This document shows positions 38,786-64,000 of a DNA stretch of 64,000 bases, in pieces. The notes under the pieces were generated by a model. That model had not been told where the DNA came from, did no database searches, and saw nothing but the letters and a program-made list of their open reading frames with translations. Position numbers and translations under genes: made by a program. Every line of letters begins with the position of its first letter. The stretch's first letter is position 1. The stretch is taken from NCBI RefSeq assembly GCF_009914755.1, contig NC_060934.1; one strand, 5' to 3'. Source of the stretch: the human T2T-CHM13v2.0 reference genome, Homo sapiens.

Positions 38786-39507
38786 CTTTATAAACACCTT
38801 TTTCTACAGTACAATTCAGAGAATAAATAGAGGCACACGGCTATAACTTCCACCACAATCTGCTGTTGAAGAGACATTCAATGTGAGGCTAGGGAGCTAG
38901 AGGTGGGGGACGTATTTGGGTACCAGGGTAACGGGAGGCCTACGTAATAAACTGCAGAGATCCCATCAGTAAGGTCTGATTGCGGCCTGACGGTCAAGGC
39001 TCATGATAGAAGAGCTACAGTGAGCCAAATGCTCCTTTAGTTCCCCACAGTCCTAGAGTAGGTCCAATTCTACCAAAACCCCAGGGGTTCGGGTGAGTCT
39101 GATTTATTGGTCCACTGGGAAGAAACTGTGTCAGCCCAAGCCATCCGTATGAATTCAGTTCACTCCATGGTAGTGCCTGAAGTGGCCTAAATATTCTACC
39201 CTTTTCCCTGGAGTTAGTCACAAATACAAGTAATAAGATTACTGTTTACATGAGTTTTTTTCTTGATTGTCCCAAAAAGGGATCCTGTTCCCCATCTAAG
39301 GAAGGAGAGAGGCACACATGGGGATTATCTGCTCTAAGTTGATGAAAGAAGACAGCCTGTCTTCTAAAGGGAGGAGGAAATAGCACTCTTACCGAATCCT
39401 TCACGGGGACATAGGCAGGAATGAATACCAGTCTGATCAGACCAAGTGGAAGCCTGCAGCCATGATTCCAACCAGCATGAGGAGTAACATATGGAAAAGC
39501 TCTGCCA

Positions 39508-39978
<471 letters not shown>

Positions 39979-40469
39979 AAAAGCTCTGGCCTTGACTTTC
40001 ACAGGGCTGCTGTACTGAGCCACCCCTATCTTTTCCCTATTTCTCCAGAGTGGCACAGAGCACTGGCCCTAAGCTGGGGCTAGGATCACCTGTCCCCAAA
40101 GCAGCAGAACGAAGGTTCTGTATCACTTGGCAGAAAATGAAGCAGAAGGGTCACAGCAGGCTACACTGGGTAACCTGAGGTCTTAGGAACAGAGTATCAA
40201 CCAGTGAGAAGAGGTGGCTCCTCTGTCCTCCAGCACATAAGGGTTAGGGAAAGACAGAACCACCAATGACTGCTGCAGGGTCTGCTGGCCAGCATCCTCA
40301 GCACTTTTCTGTGGTCCAGTTCTGGAATGGCAGGTGACAGGGCACATACAAGGCCTCTGCTCCACTGTCATTGTCAACTCATCTCAGCTCTGATTCATTT
40401 GTTCACCTCGAATCAACAACAGGGGCACTGGCTTTACCCAATACTTATCAGCTGGTGCCCACTGCGCTG

Positions 40470-40658
<189 letters not shown>

Positions 40659-40819
40659 TTAATGTCTCAAAGATGAGACATATCTTTGGCCTTGATATGT
40701 CCAGGCCAAAGAAGAGAAAAACTCCCAGCTCTACTCAGGAGTACTCTATTGATGAGTTCAATGGATAGGTGTCAGGGACGGCCACTATGGATTGCTGGAC
40801 ACCCGCAGGATTAAAACTA

Positions 40820-41020
<201 letters not shown>

Positions 41021-41407
41021 TCAGTGGAAAGTTAGCTGTCCAGATGAACGGAGTCGAGCAGCTGCTGATCTCTGTTATTTAATGATGCTAAGGAGCAAGC
41101 CGATTCTACCAGTCACATAGCTCCACCTACCCCACCTATTCCCAAGGAGCAGAGAGTATATATGACATGAAGCCCTGATCTCAAGGAAAGAAGATAGGAT
41201 GTGAATGGGAGTGGGGTGGAAAGTCACTCACTTGGTTGACATTTCAAATTTTAGGTCCACTTAAAAAATAGCTAATAAAAGAACTACTTATTCCTCATCT
41301 GTGTTCTGCAGGGAGTGAGACAAGGTCAGGATTGACCAGATATTTACCAGAGTCCCATTTTTCTGTCAGACCCTCCCTTATTTAAGGCTAAGAAAGGAAT
41401 GACCTCA

Positions 41408-41614
<207 letters not shown>

Positions 41615-41788
41615 TCACCCTACCCACAAAGAAAACAAGAGAAGCAGTGACATTAGCAGGGCAGAGGATTATTAGCCAGAGTCAGGCACTGGGAAAACCT
41701 GGCTCCTGGGGCCTTCCCATCTTATCACTACAGATTAAAGCAGGTCTACCCAAGTATGAATAAGAGAGCACTTAAAAATAACAACAGC

Positions 41789-43577
<1,789 letters not shown>

Positions 43578-43722
43578 GAAAGATATAACTCATTCCTGGA
43601 GGTTGAATTAACAATAGCATTTTCAAATTCCTTTATTTAATCCTAAAATGGAATAAAGGAATGGCAGGCACTATATGGAATTAAATCCTGGAGTTGAAAA
43701 TGAAGATCCATAAAGTTGGCTA

Positions 43723-43869
<147 letters not shown>

Positions 43870-44410
43870 TTACAGGATAAAAGGATGAAACTGTAGGAAA
43901 TAAGCAAAGGAGAACCAGTGTCATGGAATGGCGGGAGGAAAGGACTGCAAGGCAATTTTATAGATACATTCTAAAGGCCACCAGCCTGGTAAGTGTACAC
44001 TGCCTTAGGTGCATTTAACCAAAATACCCCTATCTCCAACCACCACCAGCACCATCATCTCCACCTCTGCCCAAGTGCTCTTATCCTCCTGCTTATCTTA
44101 AAAGTTTTCAGCCAGTTCCTATTTTCTATGACCTGGGATGGAAATCTACAAATATTAATCTACAAATATTTATTTGATACCTACTATGTGCTCAGTCGAT
44201 GTATAAAATACAGTATCTTCCCTTGACGAGTTTATAATCTAGTTAATAAGACTAACAATTTAAACACTGAATTATGCCAGAGATAATGTGATTAAGTGCC
44301 AACTTGGATGGCAGAGATTAACAAAGACATGAGATGGCCAGAATTTAAAACAAGCAGACAAGCAGTGGAGAAGGCAAAGAGCAATTCCAGAATCAGAAAA
44401 CATAGGGAAC

Positions 44411-45462
<1,052 letters not shown>

Positions 45463-45729
45463 CTAGTCCTTTTTTCCTGTACAGCACAGCCTCTGCTTTT
45501 AGCTCAGGCTAACTTAAAGAGACCTTTGAAAGCTGGGCATAAGAGTTTACAGCATATGAGGGAGGAAAAGAGGCGACCTCTGCGGGTTTGTGAACCAGGA
45601 TGTAATATGAAGGCAGTGTGTAAGGAAAATGAATGTGGTAGCACGAAGTGGGATGAATTGGAGCAGCAAGTCCATAGTCAGAAAAGCTTGCAAGGAAGGG
45701 AAATATGATAATGAAGCAAATTGTAAAAA

Positions 45730-46452
<723 letters not shown>

Positions 46453-46614
46453 CGTTCAGGCATGAGTCTGGGAGATCACAGTATAATGGGAGCAGAAGGA
46501 ACAACTGGGGGGATACATCATAGGAAAACAATCAGTAACATTTGGGGACTGGCTAGATATGGCTTCACATTAGTGGTGAAAGGATGTATTGAAGGATATT
46601 CTATAAGAAGGGAA

Positions 46615-51645
<5,031 letters not shown>

Positions 51646-52864
51646 ACATAATGATTTTTGATACAGACACCAAAAGCCCAGAAATGGTCTAATGTGAAAA
51701 CAGCTAGGCCTGACCAGAGCAGGGTTCAATGACATCTTCTACGCCCTGGCTCTGTCCCAGCCATGAGGACAGACGAGTTATAAGAATCCCTGTGCTCTCA
51801 CCCAAATAAGAGAAAAGATTCATTTCTCGCCTAAATGAAGGGCAACCTTGTGGAGACTCTTCTAGAGATATTTGGGGGCCACTCCCATAGGACTTTCTCC
51901 CTTCTTCAGTTATCAGTCAAGCATTCCATTTCCAGTATCTCTCACACAGAAGATATCCGAGGCAAGGACCATTATCTTCTTGTAGTAAACTCCCTCCAAA
52001 CCTCTGGGAGCTATTTTCTGAGACGTGATGCTGGTACTTGCCATGTCATCTCTGTCCTATCAATGTCCCACAAGGTCAGCATCCAATTTCAGGCTCACAA
52101 GCCTCTTATCACCAGCCCAGCATCAGAGTGTGCTGGGGTAGAGGCCAACATGACTCCATTGCAAATATAACATTAATGAGAGCATGAGAAGTAGTTTTCC
52201 ATCAGAATAGCAGAAGAAAACGCTTTCCAGTACAGACGGGCATTTTGATCAGGCAATCCTCAGCTCTTCCCAGAACTAAGTTACAGCACTAAAAGTCAGC
52301 TTATGGTTGAAGTTTCATTCCTTCAAAACACATCAGTTAGAATCTGAAGGGCTGTATCTTCCACTAAATCTTATAATTAAACAACCATTCCAAAACCTAA
52401 ACACAAAATCACTATTTATACAAAAAGATTATAAGAGCATTTCCTTTAGATGTCTGGCAGCAGTTAACCAACTTGTTTTCACTCAAAATTTGGAAGGAGT
52501 TATTGCAGTGGGATTTGAGGAGTCATATTGACTACACAGGGACTCAGGGAAAGTACTGCCTTGTATTTATTTACTTTTTCTCAAGGCTACGTGAAACTTC
52601 CAAAGAGTGGCATTCTACCTTGTTCCAGAAGGAACAGTATAAGATTGCTGAAAGAAGGGAACATTTCTCCAGTTTGAGGGTTATTTACGGACAAAGTACT
52701 AGTTTTCAAGTGGTACACCTAACCACTTTTTTTCTTTCTTTTTTTTTTTTTGAGACACAGTCTCACTGTGTCACACAGGCTGAAGTCTAATGGCATGATC
52801 TTGGCTCACTGCAACCTCCGCCTCCCAGGCTCAAGAGATTCTCGTGCCTCAGCCTCCTGAGTAG

Positions 52865-53056
<192 letters not shown>

Positions 53057-53129
53057 TAGCTCTTGGGGATTATACCCTAAATATTTTAAGGAAGCCAATG
53101 AAACTGAAAAGGTTACCTTCTTATTACCA

Positions 53130-54635
<1,506 letters not shown>

Positions 54636-55059
54636 ATGTTTCAACCTAACCCTCCCACCATCCTCTCCCATTGGTTTTCAACAGTACATACTACAAACTT
54701 CCATTCCATTTTGACTTAGGCACATATAGCAAATTCCCTTCAGCAAATGCTTGCCAAAATGATGTCCATTGCCAAGACCACAGTCAGAAGTGCTAATGAA
54801 AGGGAATGTGTGTAGAATCCATGAGTCTCAGGCCATGGTTGAATACATTTGGCTAGAAACTGTCACATGTGCCCAAATAGTTGATATTGTCACTATTTGG
54901 GACAGTGTCTGGATTTTATGACTTTTATAATTAACCATGCTAATGAATAGCTTTACAGCTACTGACCTAAAAAGGAATTTCACCAGTAACCATGGTCATT
55001 GAGACAAACCTAGTTTAACAAAGTATAGTCAGTGCCGATGAAGACTGAAAGCCCAATAC

Positions 55060-56716
<1,657 letters not shown>

Positions 56717-57229
56717 TAAATATTTTTTTTTAAGTGTTTTAAAAGGAGCTCGAAATAACTGTTTTTCATTATAAGTCTAACCTCCTCTTTCCTCATGTGA
56801 AAAGTAAAGAAATGTATCGTTGCTATATGAAGGGTTCGTTTAGGGAAGACTGTGGGATGGTTAGATTGAAGAAAGTGGGAAGAAAATACTGGCGCCAAAA
56901 AGATTTTTTTTTTTTTTTATTTAAAGGCGATGATGACCTGGGGGTGATTGGGACTAGGGAGTAATACTGCCAGAATACTATCCTATTTCACGGGAAAGGG
57001 AATGCCAGGGCTGGACTCCGATATAGCAGTTATTCCTGCTGGTACCTAAGCAGTTCAGAGATGCTAGAATGCAGGGATACCACCCATCAACTAAATGAAG
57101 CATCCCATTCCCCAGGCTTCCATATGTGGGAGTTCTCTCCACCAGTGAGATAAAGGCGGGCTCAGGGAAAACAAAGCCCTAGACCACAACAAGGCAACAC
57201 CTTCTCGCACCCCATTTTCACCTTCCAGG

Positions 57230-58085
57230 CGCGTTCCTTCCTGCTATCCGGGCCCGCTCTCCCGCCCGGCAGGGTCTAACGCTCACACAGGTCTGCCAAT
57301 TCCCCTGATGCAACCCTCCACCCTCTGCTCGCTAACCCCAGTCCAGTCAGCTCTCCCGGGCCTCGACCCCCGCGGTGGAGACTAAAGGGTTCAGGTTTGG
57401 GTCCCCCACAGGCAACCGCCCTCAGGTCAGCGTATCCGAGGTGGAGCCGCGCCCCCGAGCCGGGTCATCTCGTGCTCCGTTCCTCAGTGCCCACCTGACC
57501 GATCACACTCTTTCCCGGCCCCCTCCCTCCTGCGCCTCCAGCCAACCTGGGGCCGGCCTTTCGGGATGACCGTCACGCCTGGACGCAGGGTTCCAGCGCC
57601 TCGGACTTTTCCTCTGATGGGCTCCCGGCTGCCACCTTGCTCTCCGCCACCTCCACCAGCGATTGCCCCACTTGACGCCGCCATCCTGGGCGACCGCACT
57701 GGGTACAATTCCCGCTGCCCATTGGCTGTTACCTAGGCAACCGGGAGCAACGCCACTCCGCATTGGCCCAGCCCGGCTCCACGCCATCTTTGTGCGGGGC
57801 CGAGTGTTTGCGAACCCGGGCTGACTATGTGAAAGAGGGGTGGTCCCACCTCTGCAACGCAGATAAAGACAGAGGATCCAGATCTGGCCTACCCAGAGGC
57901 CGTCTAGTTGAAATGGCAACCCCAAAGAAAACCAAACCTGCGCCCGAAGCAACAGTGACCATCAACGCGAGCGGCTCTGATCTTGCTCCAGTCCCCACTG
58001 CTGTCAAGGGCCCCGCCGCGGAGTTTAAGGCAGATCCTAAATCCAGCTTCAGAGAGGCAGCTTTGTAAATTGTAACGCGCTAGGC
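57230..58085. promoter_or_regulatory. CpG island / MORN4 promoter with RFX X-boxes, CCAAT boxes and YY1-like motifs
   Basis: Dense CpG; GTTACCTAGGCAAC at 57728-57741; ATTGG at 57721 and 57762; CGCCATCTT at 57782-57790. Confidence 0.85.
57547..57700 (-). other. MORN4: Probable MORN4 first (leader) exon; TSS approximate
   Basis: Lies inside the CpG island, just downstream of CCAAT and X-box elements; donor CCAG|GTTGGC at 57547/57546. An alternative donor TCAG|GTGGGC is at 57495/57494. Confidence 0.6.
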
Positions 58086-58305
58086 AGGATAGCCTCCAAT
58101 AACTCTGTGCTAGACATTGTGATATCAAGACACTTTTGCATTCATTATAGGAATTTGTGCTGTCCTTGTCATTATCTAGATCCTTTTTGTTTAAAATATA
58201 GTACCTGGCCAGGCGCAGTGGCTCACATCTGTAATCCCAGCACTTCGGGAGGCCGCGGCTTGAGCTCAGGAGTGCGGGAGGCTTGAGCCCAAGAGTTCTA
58301 GATCA

Positions 58306-58479
<174 letters not shown>

Positions 58480-58509
58480 CTAGCAAGACCCTGTCTCAAA
58501 TAAATAAAT

Positions 58510-58854
58510 TGCAAACCAAAAAGTATCTGAGACAGGTCTCAATCAATTTAGGAGTTTATTTTGCCAATGTTAAGGACATGCCCGTGACACAGCCTTAGAA
58601 GGTCCTAAGAATGTGTGTCCAAAATAGTCGGGACACCACTTGATTTTATACATTTTAGGGAGACGTAAGACATCAATCAATACATGTAAAATATACATTG
58701 GCTTGGTCCCGAAAGTGGGGGTGGGGGTGGCAAGTTCCAGGATGTAGGTGGATTCAAAGATGTCCTGATTGACAATTGGTTGAAAGAGTTTAAAGACCTG
58801 GAACCCACAGAAGGGAATGTCTGGGTTAAGTTAAGGAATTGTTACTAAGATATG

Positions 58855-58897
<43 letters not shown>

Positions 58898-59676
58898 GGA
58901 ATTGTGGAAATCAAGGTTTTTATTATGCAGAGAAGGCTACAGGTAGCAGGCTCCAGAGAGCATAGATTGTAAATGTTTCTTTATTTTTTTTTTTGTTTTG
59001 AGACAGGGTCTCCCTCTGTCACCCAGTCTGGAGTGCAGTAGCTGGATCACGGCTTACTGCAGCCTTGACCTCCCAGGCTCAAGTTATCCTCCCACCTCAG
59101 CCTCCTAAGTAGCTGAGACTACTGGTTCATTCCACTATGCCTGGCTTATTTTTGTATTTTTTGTAGAGATGGTGTTTTGTCATGTTGCCCAGGCTGGTAT
59201 TGAACTCCTGGGCTCAAGTGATCCTCCCATCTCTGCCTCCCAAAGTGCTAGGATTACACGTGTGAGCCACCAAGGCTGGCCAGTGTTTATTATCAGATTT
59301 AGAAAGGTATCAGACTCTTAGTTAGTTCTCCCCTGGATCAGGAAAAAGACCTGGAAAGGGAAGGGGATTTTCTACAGAATGTAGATTTTCACCACAAAAG
59401 ACACCTTTGCCTGCTATCATGACAGATGGGGCCTGCTATCTGTCAATGTTGGTATCATTGCTACAAAGAGTCTGCTGTGTCAACCTTAAGATCTCTGCTT
59501 TAATGTTAAATGCTGGTCCTGAATTCCAAAAGCAGGAGAAAATAATGAGGCATGTCTGACTCCCACTTCTCATCATGGCCTCAAATAGTTTTTCAGGTTA
59601 ATTTAGGAATGCCCTTGGCCCAGAAGAGGAGGCCATTCATTTGATTGGGGGGCTTATAATTTTATTTCTGGTTCAC
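58510..59676 (-). mobile_element. MER4-family (ERV1) solo LTR interrupted by (CA)19 and an antisense Alu
   Basis: Terminal blocks aaaccaaaaagtatctgagacaggtctcaatcaattta and ggggggcttataattttatttctggttcac match MER4 LTR ends as recalled; subfamily uncertain. Confidence 0.75.
58859..58896. repeat. (CA)19 microsatellite
   Basis: Counted directly. Confidence 0.95.
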
Positions 59677-59952
59677 TAGATAAATAAATAAATAAATAAA
59701 ATATAGTGCCAAGATTGGAGCAAATCTTCCCAAATACCACTCACATCAATCTGTGTATCCATATGTTTATTTCTTAAACAATGTGAGTACAGCATGATGC
59801 TAGGTTCTGTCAGGCTTGAAAAGCCATGATTGTTACTCTTATGGCCTTTATAATTAGCTGAGTGTGGTGACAAGTGCCTGTGGTGCCAGCACTCGGGAGG
59901 TTAAGGCAAGAGAACTGCTTGAGCCTGGTTAACAGAGACCCTGTCTCAAAAC

Positions 59953-59953
59953 A

Positions 59954-60000
<47 letters not shown>

Positions 60001-60002
60001 AA
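59953..60002. repeat. (TAAA)n microsatellite (Alu tail)
   Basis: About 12 perfect units. Confidence 0.9.
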
Positions 60003-60411
60003 TGTAGTTTCTTGGCCAGGGGAATGACACACTACAAGCAGTATTTTATGAAAATTAATCTGACAGTGACACTCAGAGATGACCAGTGAGAGATTGGAAG
60101 CAAAGTAACAAACTCAGAAGTTATTGTAATAATGCAACTAACACATCCTGGAAGTTTCATGTAGCATCAGTGGAGATGAAAGAAAGGGGGTAAATATGAG
60201 ACATATTTCATAGGGATATTTAATAAGAATCAACATAGTGTTAAGAGCATGGAAACAGTCTGCCTGGATTTGGATCCGGCTCTGCCATTTACCAGCTGAA
60301 TGACCATGGGCACATTACCTTTACCTCCCTGGGTCTGGGTTTCCAACATCACAGGATACTATAAAGCTGGTTCCATGAGTTAATCCATGTAATGCATTTA
60401 AAACAATGTCT

Positions 60412-60894
<483 letters not shown>

Positions 60895-61521
60895 CTAAAT
60901 CTGGGACCTTTCCTTTACCATAATTTGAAGCTTATGGGCTAAATGAGATGAATGATACCAAAAGATTATCTATGTGGCTACAGACCCTGGGCCACAAGAG
61001 CCAGGCATCAGTTGATTATTGAGGTCTAGATAGGAAAAGGAAGTGCATGTATTATAACTGAAAGGGGCAATTTAACCTTCTGTACGACTTTTGTTTAGAA
61101 TGGTTTGTCTGGCCAAAAATGTTTAAGACATTCCCATACATATAATTAAACAATAGTGCTTTCAATTTGGTATTTCTAGTTAGCAGTGGCAATAATTTGA
61201 TTCAAGAAAGAATGATTATGAAATATTGGTGACTATGTGACTGGCCATGATTCGTGAAAGCCCATACCTCTAGTCTGCTGGTGACTTTAAGCATAAAAAC
61301 AAAAACAACATCAACAGTAACATCAGCAGTGATTTTTTTTCAAAAAGCTACCATATGTTGAGTGCTCTTTATGTACAAAACACTATGCTAAGTGCTTTAT
61401 TTTTATTTTTCCTATTAGAGAGTCATGCTTCATATGCTAAGTGCTTTACATAACATTATATTGATTCTTGATTCAGTAATCATGGGGATGATTATTCCCA
61501 TTTTATAGATTAAGGAACTGA

Positions 61522-63940
<2,419 letters not shown>

Positions 63941-64000
63941 TAATAATAATATTTTAAAAAGAAATCTTCAGGGCTTCCTAGGAAAACCTGGAGGCAATTG

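Noticed and set aside
51700-52700. Non-Alu stretch with a 111-aa ORF in MORN4 intron 1
   Set aside because: No recognisable protein similarity; it may be a very old LINE remnant, but I could not support a call.

Overview
Alu-dense primate (human-type) genomic DNA, recognisable from its encoded proteins as the ANKRD2-HOGA1-C10orf62-MORN4 locus (human 10q24; location from memory). On + are ANKRD2 coding exons 2-9 (1983-7908; exon 1 lies upstream of the window), the complete 7-exon HOGA1 CDS (8887-35865, 984 nt, 327 aa) and the single-exon C10orf62 nested in HOGA1 intron 1 (14077-14748). On - is the complete MORN4 CDS (43860-40470, 441 nt, 146 aa), with a CpG-island promoter and first exon near 57.2-58.1 kb. 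I walked every coding-exon boundary by hand: all are GT-AG and the frames close. The rest is mostly Alu, L1, MIR, LTR and DNA-transposon sequence. Repeat family names are by recognition and their boundaries are approximate. The most interesting unexplained signals are: (1) the C10orf62 frame is open 100 codons upstream of the usual ATG and encodes a signal-anchor, with a strong-context CUG; (2) the MORN4 leader has a TISU-like uORF in frame with the CDS, plus a second AUG that comes into frame only if exon 2 is skipped; (3) a MEF2/E-box/MCAT muscle-enhancer-like cluster lies in HOGA1 intron 6; (4) swapped target-site duplications record an Alu-Alu inversion between the HOGA1 and MORN4 3' ends. 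All four are hypotheses from sequence alone.
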